Assembly (NCBI GenBank): GCA_036491125.1 | Contig: DASXCO010000181.1 | Location: 8,486 to 72,485, forward strand | Direction: 5' to 3' | From: Acidimicrobiales bacterium | GTDB lineage: Bacteria > Actinomycetota > Acidimicrobiia > Acidimicrobiales > AC-9 | DNA length: 64,000 nucleotides | Shown: piece by piece, positions 36,434 to 45,942 of the stretch | Numbering within the stretch: position 1 is the stretch's first letter | How the letters are laid out: every line of letters begins with the position of its first letter | Translations under genes and position numbers: made by a program | Notes under the pieces: model-generated | What the model saw: the letters and a program-made list of their open reading frames with translations, nothing else | Told to the model about the DNA's origin: nothing | Database searches by the model: none

Positions 36434-37396
36434 ATGACGTTGATTGGCTACACGATGTTGTGCGAGCAGGCAGGCCCGAGACAGCTGGTGCGAGACGTCG
36501 CTCTTGCCGAGCAAGCCGGCTTCGACTTCGCAGTGATCAGTGATCATTACTTCCCGTGGCTGGACTCACAAGGACACTCCCCGTACGCATGGAGCGTGCT
36601 CGGCGCCGCCGCCCAGGCCACCGATCGCATTCCGCTCATGACCTATGTCACCTGCCCGATCCGCCGCTATCACCCAGCCGTCGTCGCACAGAAGGCGGCG
36701 ACCATGCAGCTGCTGTCCGAGGGTCGGTTCACCCTCGGGCTCGGTGCGGGCGAGAACCTCAACGAACACATCGTCGGCGGCCGGTGGCCCGTGGCCAGCT
36801 TGCGCCACGAGATGCTGGAGGAGGCGGTACAGATCATCCGGGCTCTGTGGAGGGGCGGCACGGTGACGCATCGAGGTAAGCATTTTGATGTCGAATCCGC
36901 CAGGGTCTGGGACCTGCCGGACACCTCGCCGCCGATCGGCGTCGCAGTGTCAGGGCCAGAAGGTTGTCGTCTGGCGGGACGGTACGCGGACGCCATGATT
37001 GCCGTCGAGCCTCGTGCCGACCTCGGCCAGATGTTCGACGAGGCGGGAGGCACCGGGAAGCCTCGCATCGCCCAGATAGCGTTGTCTTACGATCCCGATG
37101 AGCGGGTCGCGGTCACGCGGGCGATGCAGCAGTTCCGCTGGTTCACCGGTGACTGGAAGGTCAACGCCGAGCTCCCACTCCCAGCCTCATTCAATGCGGC
37201 ATCCAGGACGGTGCGCGAGGAGGACGTAACTTCGCAGATGCCATGCGGCCCGGACATCCGGCGCCATGTCGCCGGGATTCGCGAGTTCGAGGCGGCCGGG
37301 TTTACCCACGTGGCCTTGGTGCAGGTCGGTGCTGATACCCAAGAAGAATTCATCTCGTGGGCGGCAACCGAATTGCTGCCCACCCTGCGAGGATGA
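36434..37396 (+). CDS. LLM-class F420-dependent oxidoreductase (G6PDH-related TIGR03557-like)
   Basis: MTLIGYTMLCEQAGPRQLV..AEQAGFDFAVISDHYFPWLDSQGHSPYAWSVLGAAA..TCPIRRYHPAVVAQKAATMQLLSEGRFTLGLGAGENLNEHIVGGRWP. AAGGAGGAG RBS. Confidence 0.85.
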   Translation: MTLIGYTMLCEQAGPRQLVRDVALAEQAGFDFAVISDHYFPWLDSQGHSPYAWSVLGAAAQATDRIPLMTYVTCPIRRYHPAVVAQKAATMQLLSEGRFTLGLGAGENLNEHIVGGRWPVASLRHEMLEEAVQIIRALWRGGTVTHRGKHFDVESARVWDLPDTSPPIGVAVSGPEGCRLAGRYADAMIAVEPRADLGQMFDEAGGTGKPRIAQIALSYDPDERVAVTRAMQQFRWFTGDWKVNAELPLPASFNAASRTVREEDVTSQMPCGPDIRRHVAGIREFEAAGFTHVALVQVGADTQEEFISWAATELLPTLRG

Positions 37397-37422
37397 CGAG
37401 CCGGCCTCACGCATCAACTGTG

Positions 37423-38595
37423 TCAGCGCCGCTGGCTTCGACGCTCGAGGGCCCGAACGATGGCGCCGGCGGCGAGCAGGCCGACAAGAGTCAGCCAACC
37501 GCCGGGGCCGGGCGTACCCGAAGGCCCCCTCTGCTGGCCCCGCGACACCCGGGATGGCTCAGCGCCAAGGGGATCCGCCACCAGCATCGTTGGTCCGTCG
37601 CTGCGCAGGAGGAGGCGGCCTTGCATGGAGAACAGCAGCGCGAAGGACGGGCCCACGAGGAAGACCGCAATGACGAAGATCACGACCAGGGCCACCAGCG
37701 TCGAGTTCGGGGCGCCAGCATTGCCCAAATTCACGGAGGTTCCAGGCAGCACAGCAGGGTACTGGGCCACCCCCCAGCCCCACACGACCAGGGCCACCCC
37801 CAGGGCGGACAAGACACGAAGGCCCTGCCGTCGGCGACTGGCCAAGAGCCCCAGGACGGCCAGGCCGATCACGCCGGCCAGCACGACAAAAGGAAGCGCC
37901 CGGCCGGTCAGGCGGTTGGACAATGTCTCGTTCGAGGCGTGCAACTCCAGAAGGGTGGCTAGCGACAGCGCCCCGGTGACCACTCCGGCGACGATGGCCC
38001 GGAGGGTGAAGTAGCGCCGTAGGCGGTCTTCGTCTCTTCGCGCCGCTTCCTCGATGAGGTAGACGGCAGCCAGATAGGCACACGCGCTCACGAACAGGAA
38101 CCCGATCAGCAGGGAGGTCGCCTGGGTCCACGCCGAGAGACTGAGGTGGGTCGCGTTGGCGGGAACGCTGCCGGCGGCGATGGCCCCGATCACTGTCCCC
38201 ATGAAGAAGGGGGTGAGGAGCGAGGAGAAGGCGAACATGGCCCCGAAGGCACGCTGCAGGCTCAATCGAGCCGTTTCCTTGCGAAAGGCGAGGCCGATCC
38301 CACGCAGGACCACTCCGAACAGCGCCAGCCATAGCGGCACGGCCGCCGTATTCATCACGGCCGAGAATCCGGTGGGGAAGGCGGTCCAGAAGATGACCAG
38401 GGCGAAGACGAGCCAGACGTGGTTGGCTTCCCACACCGGGGTGATGGACTCCTCGATCAGCCGGCGCGGGGCGCGGCCACGGACGTCACCACCGGCCAGC
38501 AGATCCCACAGGCCACCGCCGAAGTCCGCCCCGCCGAAAATGGCGTAGGCGGCGATGGCGGCCAGCAGGATGGCTCCGACCGTGGCCGCGATCAC
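37423..38595 (-). CDS. cydB: cytochrome bd ubiquinol/menaquinol oxidase subunit II with C-terminal extension
   Basis: ..YAIFGGADFGGGLWDLL.. N-terminus and multi-TM body. GTG 38595 overlaps the cydA stop (GTGA). The last ~60 aa (linker plus extra helix WLTLVGLLAAGAIV) extend past the usual end. Confidence 0.85.
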   Translation of the reverse strand: MIAATVGAILLAAIAAYAIFGGADFGGGLWDLLAGGDVRGRAPRRLIEESITPVWEANHVWLVFALVIFWTAFPTGFSAVMNTAAVPLWLALFGVVLRGIGLAFRKETARLSLQRAFGAMFAFSSLLTPFFMGTVIGAIAAGSVPANATHLSLSAWTQATSLLIGFLFVSACAYLAAVYLIEEAARRDEDRLRRYFTLRAIVAGVVTGALSLATLLELHASNETLSNRLTGRALPFVVLAGVIGLAVLGLLASRRRQGLRVLSALGVALVVWGWGVAQYPAVLPGTSVNLGNAGAPNSTLVALVVIFVIAVFLVGPSFALLFSMQGRLLLRSDGPTMLVADPLGAEPSRVSRGQQRGPSGTPGPGGWLTLVGLLAAGAIVRALERRSQRR

Positions 38596-39983
38596 CCGCC
38601 CACCTGTCCCAGGGCGCGCTCCTCCGGCATCGTCGGCGGACCATAGGGAACCCCCGGCTCCTCGTTCCGGCGCCATCGCCTGGCCAGGTAGCGCAGGATG
38701 AGGACCGTGGCAACGCCGAGAAGGGCGTAGAACACAACGGTGATGCTCAAGATGGCCAGTACCCCCCCGTTGGTCGTCGAGGCCGCCGAGGTGGTGAGGA
38801 GGCGATAGACGACCCAGGGCTGGCGGCCGACCTCTGTGACCACCCAGCCGCACTCCATGGCCACGATGGCCGCCACACCGCTGAGGCTGGCAAGGAGCCA
38901 GAACCATCGGATCAGGGGCAGGCGACGTCGACGCCACCAGATGTAGAGCGCCCACAGGCCCAGCAGCAGCAGCAGGCTTCCCAGGCCAACCATGACGTCG
39001 AAAGCCAGGTGGATGAGCCAGGGCGCCGGCGGCCGCTGGGAAGCAGGCACGCTGTTCCAGCCGACCACCTTCGTGCGGGGGCTGAAGCCGACCAGGATGG
39101 AGTCCAGCCAGGGGATCCGCAACCCCCCGTAGACATGCCCGTTGACGTAGACGCCGGCGATGTACTCCGGGACGTGAGTCGCTGCATGCGGGACATACTC
39201 CATGGAGGCGAACTTCACCGGCTGGTCGCTCGCGATGGCCCGGGCGGCGGTGTCTCCGATCACGAGCTGGGGCAGCGTGAGCACGCCCGCCGTCACGAAC
39301 GGGATGGCGAAGCCGGTGTAGTGGTAGCGGTCACGTCGCCCTCGAAACACGCCGGCGGCGTAGACCCCGGCGACAGCGAAACCGGTGACCAGATAGGCAG
39401 CGAGAATCATGTGGGGCATCTCGTAGGAGGCAGCCGTATTGAAGAACACGTTCCACGGGCTCACCGAAACGACGTGGCCGCCTCGGACGGTGAATCCACC
39501 CGGCTGGTTCATCCACGAGTTGACAGCCACGACCGACATGGCACCGAAGATGCCGCTCACCGCGATGGGCACACCTGACCAGAAGTGCGCCCAGCCTCGT
39601 AACCGGCTCCAGCCGTAGAGGTAAATGGCAGTGAAGATGGCCTCCAGGAAGAAGAACAGGCCCTCGACGCCGAAGGGAAATCCCAGCACCTCCCCGTACT
39701 TGCGCATCAGCCTCGGCCAGAGGAGACCCAACTCGAACGACAGCACCGTTCCAGTGACCGCCCCGACGGCGACAAGCACCCCCATGGCCTGTGACCATCG
39801 CCGCGCCAGGAGGAGTGCGACCTGGTTCGAACGCCGGAGGCCGATGAACTCTGCGATCAGCACGATCGTCGGGAAGGCGATGCCGACGCAGGCAAGGATG
39901 ATGTGAAACCCGAGGGTCGTCGCCATCTGGCCGCGGGCAGGCACTACCTGGCCGGCGGCCGCGAACACCGAGGGGTCAGCCAC
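38592..39983 (-). CDS. cydA: cytochrome bd oxidase subunit I (short Q-loop type)
   Basis: ..ARGQMATTLGFHIILACVGIAFP.., ..FGVEGLFFFLEAIF.., ..GWVVTEVGRQPWVVY.. are CydA hallmarks; 463 aa; GTG start. Confidence 0.9.
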   Translation of the reverse strand: MADPSVFAAAGQVVPARGQMATTLGFHIILACVGIAFPTIVLIAEFIGLRRSNQVALLLARRWSQAMGVLVAVGAVTGTVLSFELGLLWPRLMRKYGEVLGFPFGVEGLFFFLEAIFTAIYLYGWSRLRGWAHFWSGVPIAVSGIFGAMSVVAVNSWMNQPGGFTVRGGHVVSVSPWNVFFNTAASYEMPHMILAAYLVTGFAVAGVYAAGVFRGRRDRYHYTGFAIPFVTAGVLTLPQLVIGDTAARAIASDQPVKFASMEYVPHAATHVPEYIAGVYVNGHVYGGLRIPWLDSILVGFSPRTKVVGWNSVPASQRPPAPWLIHLAFDVMVGLGSLLLLLGLWALYIWWRRRRLPLIRWFWLLASLSGVAAIVAMECGWVVTEVGRQPWVVYRLLTTSAASTTNGGVLAILSITVVFYALLGVATVLILRYLARRWRRNEEPGVPYGPPTMPEERALGQVGG

Positions 39984-40223
39984 GTCACGACCATTCGACG
40001 CTGAGAGACTCCCGTGAGGATTACTCCCCTACTCCGCGAACTGTCAAGATGCCGACGGCGTCAGAGTGCTTATGGCGCTACGGATGCGCCTGCTGCTAGC
40101 CTCCCTTTTCGATTGAAGGACCTACCCGATCCGACGGTCCGTCGCCCAGAGGGGAGCTCGTTCGACGACGGCTGAGGGGTAGGGCAGCGTACGAGCAGGA
40201 CTCGTGGACCGGGGGGTACGGCC

Positions 40224-43200
40224 ATGGGGGCGCGTAGCTGGATTGAGTCGTGGCCGGTCTACCGTCAGTTGGCGCAGCACGACCTGCTCGGCCTCGGCGC
40301 GGCGACCAAGAGCAAGCGCAGCGAGGCGCTCGAGCCTCGTGTCCGACGGGCCGAGAAGGTGGCCAAGTCCGTGTGTCCCTACTGCGCGGTCGGCTGCGGC
40401 CAGGACGTCTATGTCGAGGACGGCCGGGTCACCCAGATCGAAGGCGACCCGGATTCGCCGGTCAGCCGCGGCCGCCTCTGCCCCAAGGGTTCGGCGAGCC
40501 TGCAGCTGACGACCGGCGACGCTCGTCAGTACCGGGTGAGATACCGGCGATCCTTCGGCACCGACTGGGAGGATCTGGACCTCGACACGGCCTTGGACAT
40601 GATCGCCGACCGGGTCATCTCGGCCAGGCAGGCCGGCTGGCAGTGGCAGGTCGACGGCGCTCGTACTCGCCGCACGCTCGGTGTCGCCAGCCTCGGCGGG
40701 GCCACACTGGACAACGAGGAGAACTACCTCATCAAGAAGCTGTTCACTGCGCTCGGCGCCATCCAGATCGAGAACCAGGCCCGGATATGACACTCCGCCA
40801 CCGTCCCCGGTCTGGGGACAAGCTTCGGGCGCGGCGGGGCCACAAACTTCCAGCAGGACCTGCAGAACTCTGACTGCATCCTGATCGAAGGCTCGAACAT
40901 GGCCGAGTGCCATCCGGTCGGCTTCCAGTGGGTCATGGAAGCCAAGGCCCGCGGTGCCACCCTCATCCACGTCGACCCGCGCTTCACTCGTACCAGCGCC
41001 CTGGCCGACCTCCACGTGCCGCTACGAGCGGGGACCGACATCGTCTTCATCGGCGGGCTCATCAATCACGTGCTCAGCAATGACCAGTACTTCAAGGACT
41101 ACGTCCTGGCCTACACCAACGCGGCGACGATCCTGACCGAGGACTACGCCGACACCGAGGACCTCGATGGTGTGTTCTCTGGCCTGATCCGCGATTACAA
41201 CGTGTATGACTTCGATGCCTGGCGATACCAGGGAGACGAGGTCAAGGCGGTAGCCGGCGAGCGCGAGCAGCTCGAGGCCCAACACCGCATTCGGCGCATG
41301 GTGCGCCAGGCGGGGCGGGGCGAGGCGCACGGCTGCGGTGGCGCTGCCGCTCATCCGAACCCGGACACCGACCCGACCCTGCAGCATCCACGCTGTGTGC
41401 TCCAGGTGCTCAAGCGGCACTTCGCCCGCTACACGCCCGATCTGGTGGAGCAGGTGTGCGGGGTGCCACAGGGCCGGTTCACCAAGGTGTGCCAGCTCGT
41501 CACCGACAACTCGGGGCCCGACCGGACTACGGCGTTCGTCTACAGCCTCGGCTGGACCCAGCACACCGTCGGTGTGCAGTACATCCGCACCGCCGCCATC
41601 CTCCAGTCGCTGCTCGGCAACGTGGGTCGACCGGGCGGCGGCATCATGGCGCTGCGGGGGCACGCCTCCATCCAGGGGTCCACCGACATCCCGACGCTGT
41701 TCGACCTGCTCCCCGGCTACCTGCCGATGCCGCACGCCTACGGGAACGAGGATCTCGCCACCTACCTACGGGCCGAGTCGACCCGAGAGGGGTTCTGGTC
41801 GAACACCGGTGCCTATCTGGTCAGCCTGCTCAAGGCCTGGTGGGGTGAGGCCGCGAGGGCCGAGAACGACTACTGCTACGACTACCTGCCTCGGCTGACC
41901 GGCAGCCATAGCACCTACGAGACGGTGCTGGCCCAGCTCGACGGCAGGTGCAAGGGCTACTTCCTGTACGGCCAGAACCCGGCCGTGGGCTCGGCTAACG
42001 CCAGGATGCAGCGCATGGGCATGGCCAACCTGGACTGGCTGGTGGTGCGGGACATGGTGATGATCGAGAGCGCCACGTGGTGGAAGGACGGGCCCGAGAT
42101 CGAGACGGGTGAGCTGCGCACCGAGGACATCGGCACCGAGGTGTTCTTCCTGCCCGCCGCCGCCCACACCGAGAAGGCCGGCAGCTTCACCAACACCCAG
42201 CGCATGCTGCAGTGGCGCGACCAGGCGGTCGATCCTGGCGGCGACGCCCGCAGCGACCTGTGGTTCACCTACCACCTCGGGCGAAGGATAAGACAGAAGC
42301 TGGCCTCCTCCGCCGAGGATGCTGATCGGCCGGTTCTCGACCTCACCTGGGACTATCCCGTGCGCGGTCCGCTCGAGGACCCGGACGCCGAGGCGGTGCT
42401 TGCCGAGATCAACGGGTGGGACTCGGATCAGCGGCCGCTGTCGACCTATACCCAGCTCGTCGACGACGGCTCCACCGCGTGCGGCTGCTGGATCTACTGC
42501 GGGGTGCGCGCCGAGGGGGTCAACCAGGCCGCCCGCCGCAAGCCAGGACAACAGCAGAGCTGGGTAGCGCCGGAGTGGGGCTGGGCGTGGCCGGCCAACC
42601 GGCGGGTGCTCTACAACCGAGCGTCGGCTGATCCAGAGGGAAGACCGTGGAGCGAGCGCAAGGCGCTGGTCTGGTGGGACGAGGGCGAGGGACGGTGGGC
42701 CGGCCACGACGTGCCGGACTTCATCGCCGACCGCGCCCCCTCCTACCGCCCGCCCAAGGGCGCCACGGGCACGGCGGCGATCTCCGGCATCGATCCGTTC
42801 ATCATGCAAGCCGACGGCAAGGCCTGGCTGTTCGCCCCGGCCGGCTTGGTGGACGGCCCGCTGCCCGCCCACTACGAGCCCCAGGAATCACCTTTTCCCA
42901 ATGCTCTCTACGCCCAGCAGCACAACCCGGTGCGCCAGCTCATCCGCCACCCAGACGACCGGTACCAGCCCAGCGGCGACGAGCCAGGAGCGGACATCTT
43001 CCCCTACGTGACCACCACCTACCGGCTCACTGAGCACCACACCGCCGGAGGCATGTCCCGGTTCCTGCCCTACCTGTCCGAGCTGCAGCCAGCCTTCTTC
43101 TGCGAGGTCTCTCCCCATCTCGCTGCTGAGCGCGGCCTCGAACATGCGGGCTGGGCGACGATCATCACCGCCCGTAGTGCCATCGAGGCGCGGGTTCTGG

Positions 43201-43475
43201 TCACCGAGCGGATACGGCCTCTCGAGGTGCAGGGCCGGACGCTGCACCAGGTCGGCCTTCCCTGGCACTGGGGTCCAAGCGGGTACACGACCGGGGACGC
43301 CGCCAACGAGCTGGCCCACCTGGCACTCGATCCGAACGTCCACATTCAGGAGGTAAAGGCCATGGCCTGCGACATCCGCCCCGGCAGACGGCCGCGTGGC
43401 CCGGCCCTTCGTGAGCTCGTGCGCGACTATCAGAGCCGCGCCGGCATAACGGACCAGACGGGGACCGAGATGTGA
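40224..43475 (+). CDS. fdnG: formate dehydrogenase (FDH-N/O type) molybdopterin alpha subunit, selenocysteine-containing (TGA 40788-40790 read as Sec)
   Basis: Track ORFs 40224..40790 and 40899..43475 are in the same frame. Read-through gives ..IENQARI-U-HSATVPGLGTSFGRGGATN..CILIEGSNMAECHPVGF.., colinear with the Sec region of E. coli FdnG/FdoG. N-terminal CPYCAVGCG 4Fe-4S motif. No twin-arginine signal seen. Confidence 0.85.
40788..40840 (+). promoter_or_regulatory. UGA-Sec codon plus SECIS-like hairpin
   Basis: GTCCCC-GGTCT-GGGGAC (40803-40819) starts 12 nt after the TGA. The GGUCU apical loop resembles the E. coli SECIS loop. A possible lower stem pairs CTCCGCC (40793-99) with GGCGGGG (40833-39). 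Confidence 0.6.
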
Positions 43476-43476
43476 G

Positions 43477-44391
43477 ATGGGCGCGGCGACAGGCCACGGT
43501 GTGACGAGCGCCCCGAACCTGGACACGGCATCAGCCGATCACCCTGGCCTCGACCCGGCCGCTCGGGCCGGTCATCTTGATCACCCGCCCCGCGTGGGGT
43601 TCTTCACCGATACCTCGGTCTGTATCGGCTGCAAAGCCTGCGAGGTTGCCTGCAAGGAGTGGAATGGCGTGCCCGAGGACGGTCTGCTCCTGACCGGGAT
43701 GTCCTACGACAACACCCAAGGCCTGAGCGCATCGACCTGGCGCCACGTGGCCTTCATCGAGCAACCGGCCCAGGGCCCGATGGACGAGGACACCGCAGCC
43801 CAGCACGACGGTGAGGAGCGTCCTGAGCTGCGCTGGCTGATGTCGAGTGACGTGTGCAAGCACTGCACAGAGGCGGGGTGCCTGGATGTGTGCCCGACCG
43901 GGGCACTGATGCGCACGGAGTTCGGGACGGTCGTGGTCCAAGATGACGTCTGCAACGGGTGCGGCTACTGCGTGTCGGCCTGCCCGTTCGGGGTCATCGG
44001 CAGGCGCCAGTCAGATGGAGGAGCGCACAAGTGCACCCTCTGCTATGACCGGCTGGGTGACGGCCTGACGCCCGCCTGCGCCAAGGCGTGTCCCACCGAG
44101 TCGATACAGTTCGGTCCGCTCGACGAATTGCGGCAGCGCGCGCAGCGGCGGGTGGCCAGCCTGCACCAGTCCGGCAGGACCCAAGCTCGGCTGTACGGTG
44201 AGGACCCGGACGACGGCGTCGGCGGGGCGGGAGCTTTCTTCCTGCTCCTCGACCGCCCTGAGGTGTACGGCTTACCCCCGGACCCGGTTGTGCCCACGCG
44301 TGACCTGCCTCGCATGTGGCGGCACGCCGGCGTTGCCGCGGCCAGCCTCGCACTCACCGCCGTCGCCGCGTCCGTGGGACGCCGGCGATGA
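43477..44391 (+). CDS. fdnH: formate dehydrogenase iron-sulfur beta subunit (4x[4Fe-4S], FdnH-like) with C-terminal TM anchor
   Basis: CIGCKACEVACK, CKHCTEAGCLDVCP, CNGCGYCVSACP and CTLCYDR..ACAKACP clusters. C-terminal WRHAGVAAASLALTAVAASV helix. Starts 1 nt after the alpha stop. Confidence 0.9.
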   Translation: MGAATGHGVTSAPNLDTASADHPGLDPAARAGHLDHPPRVGFFTDTSVCIGCKACEVACKEWNGVPEDGLLLTGMSYDNTQGLSASTWRHVAFIEQPAQGPMDEDTAAQHDGEERPELRWLMSSDVCKHCTEAGCLDVCPTGALMRTEFGTVVVQDDVCNGCGYCVSACPFGVIGRRQSDGGAHKCTLCYDRLGDGLTPACAKACPTESIQFGPLDELRQRAQRRVASLHQSGRTQARLYGEDPDDGVGGAGAFFLLLDRPEVYGLPPDPVVPTRDLPRMWRHAGVAAASLALTAVAASVGRRR

Positions 44392-45338
44392 AGAGCCGCG
44401 CGGGCCGCCGCGGCGGCGAGAAGGCGATGGTGCCGGAGGCTGAGTTCACCTCCTACTACGGCCGGCCGGTGGTCAAGGAAACGGTGTGGGGGCCCGCTGT
44501 GCCCAGCTATCTGTTCCTCGGCGGGCTGGCCGGTGCCTCGTCGGCCCTCGCCGCCGGTGCCCAGATCTCCGGGCATCCGGAGCTCGCCCGCACGGCCAAG
44601 GCCGGTGCAGCCGGCGCCATCAGCCTGTCGCTGGGCGCGCTGGTACAGGACCTCGGCCGGCCCGCCCGGTTCGTCAACATGCTGCGGGTGCTCAAGGTGA
44701 CCTCACCCATGAGTGTCGGCACCTGGCTGCTGTCCGTCTACGCCCCGCTCGCCCTAGCCGCCGAAGCGTCGGCAGTGACGCGAAAACTGCCACGGGCTGG
44801 GCTGGCCGCGACCTTCGCCGCCGCCCCACTCGGGCCGGCCGTCGCTGCCTACACCTCGGTGCTGCTCGGCGACACTGCCGCGCCGGCGTGGAACGACGCC
44901 CGCCGCGAGCTGCCCTACCTGTTCGTCGGATCGGCCGCCACGGCGGCTGGCGGGCTGGGCCTGCTCGCTGTCGCGCCCCAGAAGGCCAGGCCCGCCTCTC
45001 GCCTGGCGGTCGTCGGGGCGGCCACTGAGCTCGCGACTGAATGGCTGATCGATCGGCGCCTCGGCCCCGTTGCAGAGACCTACCGGACAGGCAGATCGGG
45101 AATGCTGATGCGGACGGGGCGCATGCTCGCTACCGGGGGGGCGGCCGGAGCGCTCCTCGGCCGCCGGAACCGGGTCGTCTCGGCACTCTCCGGAGCAGCA
45201 CTGCTCGCCGGCTCGGCCGTCACGCGGTTCGGGGTGTTCGACGCCGGCCGCGCCTCAGTCAGGGACCCGAGGTATGTCGTCGAGCCACAACGGGGACGCG
45301 TAGACGAGAGGGGGATGATCGGATCGTCCAGGCACTAA
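44388..45338 (+). CDS. NrfD/PsrC-family quinone-interacting membrane subunit
   Basis: ..YYGRPVVKETVWGPAVPSYLFLGGLAGASSALA.. and about 8 TM helices typical of the NrfD family. ATG 44388 overlaps the beta-subunit stop (ATGA). Confidence 0.75.
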   Translation: MKSRAGRRGGEKAMVPEAEFTSYYGRPVVKETVWGPAVPSYLFLGGLAGASSALAAGAQISGHPELARTAKAGAAGAISLSLGALVQDLGRPARFVNMLRVLKVTSPMSVGTWLLSVYAPLALAAEASAVTRKLPRAGLAATFAAAPLGPAVAAYTSVLLGDTAAPAWNDARRELPYLFVGSAATAAGGLGLLAVAPQKARPASRLAVVGAATELATEWLIDRRLGPVAETYRTGRSGMLMRTGRMLATGGAAGALLGRRNRVVSALSGAALLAGSAVTRFGVFDAGRASVRDPRYVVEPQRGRVDERGMIGSSRH

Positions 45339-45445
45339 CGAACGCCAGGCTCGCCCAGTGACCTCAGCTGGTCGATCAGAGCTCCGAACCAGATGGCGAG
45401 GGTAGGGAACAAGAGGAAGTGGAGGGCAGGCAGCCATGCGTCTAC

Positions 45446-45901
45446 ATGGGTGTCTGGGGAATATGGATGGCCGGCTTCATGCAGTTCCTGACCGGCGTCT
45501 ATCTCTTCGTGGGTCTTACCTGGTTCAACTCCTTTCGCGCGCCAGCTTTGTACATGGCGGCGTTGGCCTTCACCGCCTACGGAGTTCATTGGTTCGCGAT
45601 CGGCACCAACCGGCTGCGACGTGCCGACCCCCGACCCAGCGGCTTCATGGCCGTGGCGTTCATGTTCATATCGATTCTGGGCATCATCGTCTTCCTCTCC
45701 AACAACGACGCGTCGGTCGCAGGGGTGTTCATAGGACTGACCGCCGTGTACGTGAGCGAGTTCTTCTCCACCTTTCACATTGGCGGCGACATCGGTGAGA
45801 AGGCGCTTGGCTTCTTCCGCCTCGGCACGGGTTTCTGGCTGATTTACCTCACGTTCGCATTCACCCTCAATATCACCTCGGGCTACCACCTCTGGACCTA
45901 G
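45446..45901 (+). CDS. small five-helix membrane channel-like protein (SatP/GPR1-FUN34-YaaH-like or AmiS/UreI-like)
   Basis: ..ALAFTAYGVHWFAIG.. resembles the ..AFTSYGSFW.. segment of E. coli SatP. ..FLSNNDASVAG.. and the overall helix pattern also resemble AmiS. I cannot separate the two families by eye. Lower GC than neighbours. GTG 45419 is an alternative start. Confidence 0.5.
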   Translation: MGVWGIWMAGFMQFLTGVYLFVGLTWFNSFRAPALYMAALAFTAYGVHWFAIGTNRLRRADPRPSGFMAVAFMFISILGIIVFLSNNDASVAGVFIGLTAVYVSEFFSTFHIGGDIGEKALGFFRLGTGFWLIYLTFAFTLNITSGYHLWT

Positions 45902-45942
45902 GATCGAGGCGTACATGCTCTAGAAGATGCAACACTGGCCGC

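Noticed and set aside
40224-43475. Reading the FDH alpha region as two separate genes, or as a pseudogene broken by a nonsense mutation
   Set aside because: Both parts are in the same frame. The stop sits exactly at the conserved Sec position. Conserved enzyme sequence continues straight after the TGA and before any new start codon. A SECIS-like hairpin follows at the expected distance.
45335-45916. 193-aa minus-strand ORF, and the plus-strand ORF 45436..45798 that sits behind a GGAGGG motif
   Set aside because: Both translate to charged, Arg/His-rich sequence. The third frame (45419/45446..45901, plus strand) gives a clean five-helix membrane protein with family-like motifs.
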